From Verrucomicrobiota bacterium (lineage in GTDB: Bacteria; Verrucomicrobiota; Verrucomicrobiia; Limisphaerales; SXQI01): DNA of 41,256 bases. Of the stretch, positions 18,739 to 27,051 are shown in pieces (position 1 is the stretch's first letter; the number at the start of each line of letters is the position of its first letter). The stretch covers positions 1 to 41,256 of the forward strand of contig JANRLX010000006.1 of the NCBI GenBank assembly GCA_033762115.1. The letters run 5' to 3'. The translations under genes and the position numbers were made by a program. The notes below the pieces were generated by a model. It saw only the letters and a list, made by a program, of their open reading frames with translations. It was not told the DNA's origin and ran no database searches.

Positions 18739-19581
18739 TCATCCTGGCAACAACGTCAACAAATTCAGTTCTGCAGAAGTGTTAAGGATCTGCCACCGTT
18801 CATTCACAGGCACCTCCCCACCTCCTTCCGGGATTTGCGACAAACTGATCCGCCTGATATTTCGCGGAAGCCACTCCCGGACGATCTTCGCCAGATTCTT
18901 CCCCCCCAAACTGTCCAGGATAAAACCCAGCCTTTGTGCGATGGTAATTTCATTTTCAGTTTCCAGGACCCTTTTAAGTTCCTCAGGTCTCAACAAACCC
19001 AATAGCGGGGCAATCGTTTCCGCTGCCCGTTCAATCCCGCCAATGCTGGAGGCATAGCGAATCAGGTCAAACACGGTTGCCTCCGCTGTGCTGACCCGTA
19101 AGGGCGCAACCGCCCCGCTTGGTTGTTGCGTGGCCGTTCGACGAATCCCCCTCTTCACGAAGAACCTCACCTGAATCCGCCCAACGCTGATTTCACGTCG
19201 AGGACTGTCAGTCATGACCTGCGTCACCTGCAACGCCTGTGGATTCGAGCCAAACACGCTCGCAGCAGATTGAAGCGCCAGATAATAAGGACGCTCAAGC
19301 CAGTCAAAATACTCCTGCAACCACCAGGTCGCTGGCGGGGCTCCAAACGACCGATGCTCAGGAGAAACAATCAAATAAAAGGATTGCCGCTCCGAAATTT
19401 TAACCACCTTTGGACCAAGCCGGGAAAGCTGGCGATTTGCCGCAATTTTAGATAACCCGGTTTCCCCAATCAAATGCGACAGGGGAAACGCAACTCGCCC
19501 CACGGCCAATTGGGATTCAATAAACATCTCCGCCGCACCCATCCGCCGAACCACTCTGGGACTCTCCGCCCTTCTAATCAT
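18739..19581 (-). CDS. Type IV TA AbiEi-family antitoxin
   Basis: FYLIVSPEHR..GAPP, YYLALQSAASVFG, LRVSTAEATVFDLIRY, AQRLGFILD and C-terminal ERWQI. Confidence 0.85.
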   Translation of the reverse strand: MIRRAESPRVVRRMGAAEMFIESQLAVGRVAFPLSHLIGETGLSKIAANRQLSRLGPKVVKISERQSFYLIVSPEHRSFGAPPATWWLQEYFDWLERPYYLALQSAASVFGSNPQALQVTQVMTDSPRREISVGRIQVRFFVKRGIRRTATQQPSGAVAPLRVSTAEATVFDLIRYASSIGGIERAAETIAPLLGLLRPEELKRVLETENEITIAQRLGFILDSLGGKNLAKIVREWLPRNIRRISLSQIPEGGGEVPVNERWQILNTSAELNLLTLLPG

Positions 19582-19587
19582 TTACGC

Positions 19588-19616
19588 ATCATACCGTAAT
19601 ACGGTTCAATATGCAA
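19588..19616 (-). promoter_or_regulatory. Sigma70 promoter with internal palindrome for abiEi
   Basis: TTGCAT-N17-TATGAT ending 6 nt before the ATG, with an ACCGTA-A-TACGGT palindrome at 19593-19605. Confidence 0.7.
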
Positions 19617-19688
19617 ACGATTTGACGATCGATTTAAAAGTCGCTGATACAAACTCTACTGCTAACCCATATCCGCCGATAAGCATCC

Positions 19689-20555
19689 ATGGCAGTTTGG
19701 GAGTTTACAGGCATCATTCCTTTAGTCCTTTTAGGGGCAGCTTTGATTTGCTGGAAACGCTATCGTGCCCATCGGAACGGGGAGAGCCCCGTCCAGGACT
19801 TTCTTCTCAGGCCACCTGGCGAGTCTCTCCGACATAAGGTTGATGATTTAAATGACCAGTTGCTTATCCCCATTCTTGCAATTAGCATCACATCGGTCTT
19901 ACTCGGATCCTTTACCGCCAAACTTCTCAATTACCCCTCTAGTGAACCGCGCATGCAAATCTTGCTTGTAAGCTGGAGTGTTGGACTTGCCCTCACCATC
20001 CCTTTCACCTGGTGGCTTTTCACCATTATCCGAAAGCGGGACAATTACAACCTCGGCTTCAGCGGGGAACAAGCAGTCGGTGAAAAACTCAACCTGCTCA
20101 TGCTCGATGGTTACCGCGTTTTTCATGACTTTCCCTGCCCCAGGTGGAATATCGACCATATCATCGTTGGGCCTTCCGGCGTTTATGCCGTCGAAACAAA
20201 AACCCGGCGAAAACGCAGGATCGCCGGGAAAAAAGCCCCCCAGATTTTTTTCGATGGCAAATCCTTGGATTTCGGCCAGGGAAAGGAAACCTCTCCCCTT
20301 GACCAGGCGGAAAGAAACGCCCGTTGGTTATCAGATACTCTCAGCAAAGCCCTGGCTGAGCCGATCCAGGTTCAGCCGGTTCTGACCTTTCCCGGCTGGT
20401 GGGTCGAGCGTCAAGGCCAAGGCAAAGTCCTCGTCCTGAACCACAAGGAATTTTACTTGATTCTCAAACGAAACGGCTCCGCACTCCTTTCCCAACAAAC
20501 GATTGATCGCATCGTTCACCGCTTGGAAGAGAAATGCCGCAACGTGAAGTTCTGA
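19689..20555 (+). CDS. NERD (nuclease-related) domain protein with N-terminal TM helices
   Basis: GFSGEQAV, VFHDF, NIDHIIVGPSGVYAVETK and PLDQAERNA, preceded by three hydrophobic segments. Confidence 0.88.
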   Translation: MAVWEFTGIIPLVLLGAALICWKRYRAHRNGESPVQDFLLRPPGESLRHKVDDLNDQLLIPILAISITSVLLGSFTAKLLNYPSSEPRMQILLVSWSVGLALTIPFTWWLFTIIRKRDNYNLGFSGEQAVGEKLNLLMLDGYRVFHDFPCPRWNIDHIIVGPSGVYAVETKTRRKRRIAGKKAPQIFFDGKSLDFGQGKETSPLDQAERNARWLSDTLSKALAEPIQVQPVLTFPGWWVERQGQGKVLVLNHKEFYLILKRNGSALLSQQTIDRIVHRLEEKCRNVKF

Positions 20556-20598
20556 TTGAATACCGCTGCACGAGAGGGTTGCCGGCATCTTGGGAACA

Positions 20599-20659
20599 GG
20601 TGCGGTAACCCCACTGGATATAGCGTCTGACTACGGATCAGAAGGTTCCAGCTTCAACT
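20599..20659 (+). pseudogene. Decayed tRNA-Arg(ACG) lacking its 3' end
   Basis: 48/61 nt identical (ungapped hand alignment) to the tRNA at 29982. Intact anticodon arm TCTGA-CTACGGA-TCAGA; D stem broken; no 3' T-stem or acceptor strand. Confidence 0.85.
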
Positions 20660-20791
20660 TTCCTTTTAACCCATTCTCCTTCTGTGTTTTACACATTCAA
20701 AGCACATTAAATAATTATTAAAACATTTTTAGTTGACATCTGTTCCACCTTTTGTTCTACTCTGCTCATTACAACTTAACTTTATTTGTAT

Positions 20792-21460
20792 ATGAGCAAA
20801 CGCAAACGTCTCCGTAAACTCCTCCAAAACCAGCAAAAAGCCGCTTCCATCGCTCCTGCACCAAAGGAATTCACTCCCACTTCAACCCCGCTTTCCGCTC
20901 CCCTCATCACCCCAAAAGAGACTTCTCCAGCAACCATCACCCCGGAATCTGTCATCGCCAAACTCTGGCAAATGTTGCATGACAGGTTGCACAAACCTTG
21001 TTCCCCGGACGATCTCCTCACCTGCGCCACTGCCATCGAAAAACTTCTCAAAGGGAAAATGGCCGAAAGAAAACAATCCTCTGTCGAACGAAAACTCACT
21101 CTTGCAGAACGCAAACAGGACCTGGCCGAAAAGAAATTTGCCCTCGCCGAACAGAAACGCCTCCTCAAATCCACCCAAACCGCCAGCCCCTCCCAATTGG
21201 CAAACGAGAAATCGACAAACCCGGAAATTCTAAACAATTCAAAAAATTCAACCGAAAACATCCTCACCCTCCCGTCACCTCTACCCAGCCCATCCGCTGC
21301 TGAAACCCCATCGCCGTCCGACCCACCCACCGCTCCAACTACCCAGCCATTAACCGAATCCCCATCCGAAACCGAGGAACAACCCGCTCCTTCCATCTCT
21401 AAAAATCCCAATTACACTTATCTCCCATTCGACACCATCCCGGTCCACCTCCTCGCATGA
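20792..21460 (+). CDS. Hypothetical low-complexity protein (coiled coil plus Pro/Ser/Thr tail)
   Basis: ERKLTLAERKQDLAEKKFALAEQK heptads, with an AT-rich promoter-like region upstream. Confidence 0.6.
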   Translation: MSKRKRLRKLLQNQQKAASIAPAPKEFTPTSTPLSAPLITPKETSPATITPESVIAKLWQMLHDRLHKPCSPDDLLTCATAIEKLLKGKMAERKQSSVERKLTLAERKQDLAEKKFALAEQKRLLKSTQTASPSQLANEKSTNPEILNNSKNSTENILTLPSPLPSPSAAETPSPSDPPTAPTTQPLTESPSETEEQPAPSISKNPNYTYLPFDTIPVHLLA

Positions 21461-21483
21461 ACAGCTGAGTTCATCACAAAAAA

Positions 21484-21999
21484 TTATTTTTGCTCTTGCT
21501 GGCTTGCCTCCGCCAACAGCGCCGCGGCTTGCTTCACTGATGCTTCGGTCGCTTCTCCCTTGAATCGACCATGAATTTTTCCTTCACGATCCACGATCAG
21601 GATGTTGGCCACCCCCGGATCAACTCCCAGTTCCCGGGAAATCTCACCCGTCCAATCCATCATCACCGGATATTTAAACGATTCTTCAAACTTTTTTCGG
21701 ATCGATCGATGCAGGAACCCCGGCGCACCCTCAATATTGGCGATCCCGCAAATCATCACTTCCTTCTGGCACTTTTTCTTGATCGCGCTGACCCATTCCT
21801 TCACTTGGCCTGAGCTTTTCCGGTCCGCTACTGTGAGAAAAATCGTATTCGTGCAGGGAAATCGTAAGACATGGTTGGTCCCGAACTGATCATGCAACTC
21901 AATCTTTGCCGGTGCGCGCGTTGCAAGCAGCGGTTCTTTTGCCAAAAGTTCAAAACCGGTCACAAGCGCGAACAGAACAATGAAATGCGAAAACCACAT
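21484..21999 (-). CDS. Exported thioredoxin-fold/YtfJ-like protein
   Basis: Signal-like N-terminus, APAKIELHDQFG, VMMDWTG and ILIVDREGKI. ATG 21999 lies directly after the GT2 stop. Confidence 0.7.
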   Translation of the reverse strand: MWFSHFIVLFALVTGFELLAKEPLLATRAPAKIELHDQFGTNHVLRFPCTNTIFLTVADRKSSGQVKEWVSAIKKKCQKEVMICGIANIEGAPGFLHRSIRKKFEESFKYPVMMDWTGEISRELGVDPGVANILIVDREGKIHGRFKGEATEASVKQAAALLAEASQQEQK

Positions 22000-22001
22000 A
22001 A

Positions 22002-23150
22002 CTAAATTTTCAGCGGGGCCACCCGACGCGAATCCCCATAACTGCGCCCTTTCCATTCGGACGGTTTTCCCAGCAGATGCCGCGCGAGCGCATGCCACTG
22101 AATCGTGAGCAGGGCCAGGATTGCCACCGGGTGCAGGAATGTAATCGAAAATGGTTGCTGAAATAAACGTGCCGCAACCCACCGTGGAAAAAGGGCGGCA
22201 AATGTCGCAAGCAGCGTCAGAATAAATCCCGTCTGGGACAATTGCTCCGGAATCGCAAGCAAAACAAAAGGCAAAACCTGTCCCGTGACCAACAGCATGC
22301 TCATCGGCAAAATCACCCCCGGCGCTGCCAGCCCTTCCACTGCATTTTTCCCAAGACCCCGCCATGTTTCTGCATCCGTCTGGTACATCCGGCAGGTTGC
22401 GATATCAGTCGCATCAAACAGGTCAGTGAAAAAACCGGCCTGGCGAAAGACCCGTGGCAGCTTGATCCCGTCATGCAGCGAATCACGCAACTTCGCATGC
22501 CCCCCGCACGCTTCATACGCCGCCCGTCGGGCGATGAACAACTGGCCGCACCCGGCCGACATCGACACCCAGCGCGTATGCCGCATTGCGTGCATCGACA
22601 AAAATCCAAGCAGGATAAAATGAATCAGCGGGAGAAGAAGTTTTTCGGAAACAGTCCCAAGCTCCTGCCGGGGAACGCCGCTGGCCAGGTCAGCCCCGCT
22701 TTGCTCCATAAATGCGCTCATCCTTGCCAGGGCATCCCTGTTCAAACGCACATCTGCATCCATGAAAACCAGCCACGGGTTCCGGGCCATTTTTGCCAGG
22801 ACATGACAGGCATACTGTTTGCCGCACCACCCCGCTGGCAGCGGCGGCGCTGTTTCAAGCCGCACCCGCGAATCCTTCGCGGCAAATTCCCGCACAATTT
22901 CTGCCGTCCCGTCGCTCGAGGAATCATCCAGCACAATGATTTCGAATTCAGCCCCCGGATTTTGCAAAACCGATTCAAGGGTCTGACGAATGTTTTTCTC
23001 CTCGTTCCGGGCGGGGATCAATATCGACATGGCCTGGTCACTTCTCCCCTTTTTCGGCAGCGGGCGGTAAACCAGCAGATTCAGCAGGAACAACCCGGCT
23101 GGAATCATTGCCAGCGCCAGGGCCATTCCGGCGGGAAGATCAAGGTTCAT
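22002..23150 (-). CDS. GT2 carotenoid glycosyltransferase (CrtQ/CruC-like)
   Basis: SILIPARNEE, VLDDSSSDGT, LPAGWCGK, FMDADV, GCGQ and C-terminal WKGR; sits in the carotenoid operon. Confidence 0.88.
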   Translation of the reverse strand: MNLDLPAGMALALAMIPAGLFLLNLLVYRPLPKKGRSDQAMSILIPARNEEKNIRQTLESVLQNPGAEFEIIVLDDSSSDGTAEIVREFAAKDSRVRLETAPPLPAGWCGKQYACHVLAKMARNPWLVFMDADVRLNRDALARMSAFMEQSGADLASGVPRQELGTVSEKLLLPLIHFILLGFLSMHAMRHTRWVSMSAGCGQLFIARRAAYEACGGHAKLRDSLHDGIKLPRVFRQAGFFTDLFDATDIATCRMYQTDAETWRGLGKNAVEGLAAPGVILPMSMLLVTGQVLPFVLLAIPEQLSQTGFILTLLATFAALFPRWVAARLFQQPFSITFLHPVAILALLTIQWHALARHLLGKPSEWKGRSYGDSRRVAPLKI

Positions 23151-23991
23151 GGTTTCCATGCTCCTTCCTGAACGGCTTGTTCAAAATGATTCCTTTCATC
23201 CAACGCCACCAGTCGTAAACGCCTCCCTGTCCCGCTCCCCCCTGCACCAGAGTTTGGAACTGGGCCGGGTCGCGCCGCTGCGATTCCAAAGCCAGCGCAT
23301 CCTGGGCTCGTGCAAGATGCCCGTTAAAAAGCTGCATCAGGTCCTCCGCACTGCGTTCCTCATGCTCCGCGCGGATCGGTTTTCCGAAACGCACCAAAAT
23401 TTCCGGGAGACGCTCATCCCAGAACACATACTCAATCGCCAGCGGCAAAAACAAGGTTCGCTCCACCCGCCGCGCCAGGTGGGCCAGTCCCGGCTTCAGG
23501 CGAACCGGGCGTTCCCTGGCATCTGCAAAACGGCCATGCGGAGTCACTGCCACCAGGTTGTTTTCGGATTGCAACAACTCTTCCGCAGTCCTGAGGAATT
23601 GCGCCGCGCCGCGTGCGGAGTGGGGATCGATTCCGAAAAAACCGAGGTGCCGGAAAAAACTGTACTTTTCCAGCATCGCAGCATCGATCGGCGCGTAGCC
23701 ATTTCGTTCAGGGAAAAACTGCTGCTTCAGGAGCAGGCAGACCAATGGGTCCCACCAGGAGGCGTGGTTCGAATAAAGGAGCAGCGGCAAACCTTGCGTG
23801 TCCGGGGGAAGGCCTGTCCGCGAAACCCGCAGGCTGTGGAAATGCCGCTTCACATAATGGCGAGAATACCAGGTAAACCAGCGCAACAAAAACGGCGAAA
23901 TCGCCGGAGTGTGGCGGCTTGCAACGAAATGACCACGCGCTCGCGATTCATCGCGCGGCAACGGAGCAACCAGTTTTCGTTCGGCAATCAC
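23140..23991 (-). CDS. Lysophospholipid-type acyltransferase (CruD-like)
   Basis: NHASWWD (HxxxxD) and TPHGRF. Confidence 0.88.
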   Translation of the reverse strand: MIAERKLVAPLPRDESRARGHFVASRHTPAISPFLLRWFTWYSRHYVKRHFHSLRVSRTGLPPDTQGLPLLLYSNHASWWDPLVCLLLKQQFFPERNGYAPIDAAMLEKYSFFRHLGFFGIDPHSARGAAQFLRTAEELLQSENNLVAVTPHGRFADARERPVRLKPGLAHLARRVERTLFLPLAIEYVFWDERLPEILVRFGKPIRAEHEERSAEDLMQLFNGHLARAQDALALESQRRDPAQFQTLVQGGAGQGGVYDWWRWMKGIILNKPFRKEHGNHEP

Positions 23992-25544
23992 GCGAATGAA
24001 ACCTCAACCTGCGATTCCTTCGGTTCCACCACCGCATCCTGGTCCAGGCTGTCCGCCGCAATCCAGCCGCTCATCAGCACCATCGGCATTCCCGGGCCGG
24101 GATGGGCCGCCCCTCCCGCAAGATAAAACCCTTTCAGGTCAGGGGAACGGTTCCCCGGCTTGAACGCTCCCAGAAAACGTCCATGACTTGCCAAGCCATA
24201 AATTGCGCCGTTCAGGACATTGAAACGATCATTGATATCCTGCGGTGTGAGCGTGCGTTCAAAAACAATCCGCTCTTCAATGTCCGGCATTCCGCCGGTC
24301 CGTTTCAGTTTTTCAATGATCGTTTTCCGGTAGGCAGGCAGCATCTTTGTCCAGTTGTGATGCGGGCGCAGGTACGGGGTGTGCACCAGCACATAGAGTG
24401 ATTCTCCCCCTTCAGGAGCTGATTCCGGTTCGGTGGAGGAAGTCGCCGCAAGGTAACAGGTCGGGTCAGGCGCTGGTTCACCCTTTTTATAAATGGCATC
24501 AAACTCCTCCTCCGGGTCGCGGCTGAAAACAAAATCGTGATGGGCGAGATGTTCGTATCGTTTGTTCAGGCCCAAATATAAAACCACCCCGGAACAGGCC
24601 GCCTCGTACTCCCTGCGACGTTCAAATTTTGCGCCCACCTGCCCGTTGATCAATTCACGATGCGTCCGCACCGAATCACAGTTGGAAATCACCGCCCGCA
24701 CCGGAATTTCCTCGTTGCTCCCGGTTCGGACACCGGTCACACGCTTTCCATCATTCAGGATTTTTGTGATGGGAGTGTTCAACCGGATTTCGACCCCGAG
24801 CTGCCGGGCCAGCTTTTCCAACGCTTCCGGCACCGCCCGTGTCCCGCCGATCGGGTACCAGATTCCTTCGTCCGTTTGCATATGGGCAATGCCGCACAAG
24901 ACCGCGGGAGAGCCATAGGGAGAGGAGCCAACGTACTGGGTGAAATGGTCGATCATCTGGGCGACACGCGGATCAGGAGTCATCGAGCGGACTGTTCCCG
25001 CCACACTCCGCCCCATCCTCATGGCGAGCAGATCCTTCAGCATCTTCGGATCAAACGCCGTGCTGAATTCGAACATGTCCTTCAACCCGCCAATCGATTT
25101 GTAAAAGAAATATTTGCGGGAGATTTCATTGAGTCGTTTGCTTAAATCGAGAAACCCGCTGTAGCTGTTGCCTGAATTTGTGTTCGGCGCAAAACGATCC
25201 AGGCTCTCCCGCATTTCTGAAACGTCCTGAAGGAGGTCCAGGCGGGAACCATCCTCGAAAAAACAGCGCCATTGCGGGTCGAGCCGCACCATCCGCAAAT
25301 ATTCCTCCATCCTCCGGCCCGATTCATGGAAGATTTTTTCCAGGACGGATGGGATTGTCACAATGGTCGGCCCGGCATCGAACCGGAACCCGCTGCCGGA
25401 AACGGTGGTGGCTTTTCCGCCGAGCCATTCGTTCCGCTCGAACAATGTCACCGCATATCCCCGCGCGGCCAGCGTGCATGCGGCGGCAAGCCCTCCGAGG
25501 CCGCCGCCGATGATTGCGATGCGATCATTTTTTGAATTTCTCAT
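23988..25544 (-). CDS. Phytoene-desaturase-family oxidase (CrtP/CrtNb-like)
   Basis: IIGGGLGGL, FDAGPT, QYVGSSP, GAIYG and AGGAAHPGPGMPMVLMSG. Confidence 0.85.
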   Translation of the reverse strand: MRNSKNDRIAIIGGGLGGLAAACTLAARGYAVTLFERNEWLGGKATTVSGSGFRFDAGPTIVTIPSVLEKIFHESGRRMEEYLRMVRLDPQWRCFFEDGSRLDLLQDVSEMRESLDRFAPNTNSGNSYSGFLDLSKRLNEISRKYFFYKSIGGLKDMFEFSTAFDPKMLKDLLAMRMGRSVAGTVRSMTPDPRVAQMIDHFTQYVGSSPYGSPAVLCGIAHMQTDEGIWYPIGGTRAVPEALEKLARQLGVEIRLNTPITKILNDGKRVTGVRTGSNEEIPVRAVISNCDSVRTHRELINGQVGAKFERRREYEAACSGVVLYLGLNKRYEHLAHHDFVFSRDPEEEFDAIYKKGEPAPDPTCYLAATSSTEPESAPEGGESLYVLVHTPYLRPHHNWTKMLPAYRKTIIEKLKRTGGMPDIEERIVFERTLTPQDINDRFNVLNGAIYGLASHGRFLGAFKPGNRSPDLKGFYLAGGAAHPGPGMPMVLMSGWIAADSLDQDAVVEPKESQVEVSFA

Positions 25545-27051
25545 GTTCACTCCTCTCTTTTGGTCTCCCCGACAGTTTTTTCAAAAGCTCAACGAATGCC
25601 TGGCCGCGATTGATCCATCCTTCTCCATGCGCCGCGGTGATGTATGCCTGGAAAATTTGTTCATCACCCGGTTGTGCGGGAGCAAACGCGGGCCGGAAAT
25701 TGCCGCCTGTCATGGTCACCACTTTCATTGTGGTCAGTTCCAGCAGCCCTTCCCCGCCGCGGGTGACGCCAAACCCGCTTCGTTTGCGCCCGCCAAAAGG
25801 AATGCGGGGATCGGCTGTAGGGATGATCATGTCATTAATGGTGACCACTCCGGCGTTCAGTTGCCGGGCAAGCCATTGCGCGTCCTGTTCATTGCGGGAA
25901 AAAATTGAGGCGGTCAGGGCATAGAATGAATCATTGGTGCGGTTCAACGCATCGAAATCGTTGCTCACCGTTTCGATCATTAAAACGGGGGCGAACAATT
26001 CCGCGCGATGGAGGCGTGCGCTGAGGGGAACATCCGCGAGAATGATCGGGCTGGCGATCAAGCCGTCATTCCGGTCGCGTCCAAAAACCAGGCGAGCGCC
26101 ACGGGCGAGGGCATCATCCAGCAACGGTCGCAGTTTCTGGGCGACCTGTCGGGAAAGCGTTTCGGTTTTCCGCGATTGGGTCTGTCTCAACCGTTCCGAA
26201 AGAAGTTGTATAAAATGTTCCGCGATTTCCGCCGCGACAAATGCCCGGCGTGGGGCCATGCAGGTGGCGCCCTGGTTCAGGGTGAGGCCAAACGCCACGG
26301 CGCGGGATGCCAGGTCGAGATCGGCATCAGCGCGAATGATTGCGGCATCGCAACCGCTCAGTTCCATGGTGGCAGGGATCAGCCTGCCGGCGAGCTGGCT
26401 GAGGACGAGCGCCCCGGTGGCAGCGGAACCGGTGAAGATCACCTTGTCTGGCAGTTGCTCGATTGCATCCTGGGCTGCCGAGATGGATTCCGGCAGGATG
26501 GTGAGGAGGTTCCTGCGCAACCCGGCCTGGGCGAGCAGGCTGGCCAGAGTCGTGGCCGCAGTTGTTCCGCCAACACCTGGTTTGAGGAGGACCGCGTTCC
26601 CGGCCACCAGGGCCTGCACCACCTGGACACCGGGTAAAAAGAGCGGGTAATTGCCCGGCCCGATGATCAGAACGACACCAAGAGCGTCACGATGAATTTC
26701 GCTCCTTATACCGCCGAGCCATTTGGGCAATCCCCGCTTCCCGAGCCGCTTTGGCCGGAGAAGTTTCTCCGCCTCGCGCTCGAGAAATTCACACGCATCC
26801 AGCAGCGGCAGGATTTCCGCTGTGAGGAGTTCCGCCGCGGGCCTGGAACTGCTGCCGAGCACTGTTTTTGTCACTTCGGACAACTGCGTGACGACCAAGG
26901 AGCGGAAGTTTCGAATGACCGCGAGCCGTTTCGCCACCGCGAGTTTTCCCCAATCCTGCTGGGCCGTGCGCGCTTCGGTCATCACGGATGGGCTGAGGGG
27001 AAATGAGGAGACCACCCCACTGCCTTCCTTTTCATGACAGATTTCATTCAT
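25525..27051 (-). CDS. Aldehyde dehydrogenase (carotenoid AldH/CrtNc-like)
   Basis: GPGNYP, FTGS, MELSG, catalytic Cys in NQGATCMAP, ELFAP and PFGGRKRSGFG. Confidence 0.9.
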   Translation of the reverse strand: MNEICHEKEGSGVVSSFPLSPSVMTEARTAQQDWGKLAVAKRLAVIRNFRSLVVTQLSEVTKTVLGSSSRPAAELLTAEILPLLDACEFLEREAEKLLRPKRLGKRGLPKWLGGIRSEIHRDALGVVLIIGPGNYPLFLPGVQVVQALVAGNAVLLKPGVGGTTAATTLASLLAQAGLRRNLLTILPESISAAQDAIEQLPDKVIFTGSAATGALVLSQLAGRLIPATMELSGCDAAIIRADADLDLASRAVAFGLTLNQGATCMAPRRAFVAAEIAEHFIQLLSERLRQTQSRKTETLSRQVAQKLRPLLDDALARGARLVFGRDRNDGLIASPIILADVPLSARLHRAELFAPVLMIETVSNDFDALNRTNDSFYALTASIFSRNEQDAQWLARQLNAGVVTINDMIIPTADPRIPFGGRKRSGFGVTRGGEGLLELTTMKVVTMTGGNFRPAFAPAQPGDEQIFQAYITAAHGEGWINRGQAFVELLKKLSGRPKERSEHEKFKK

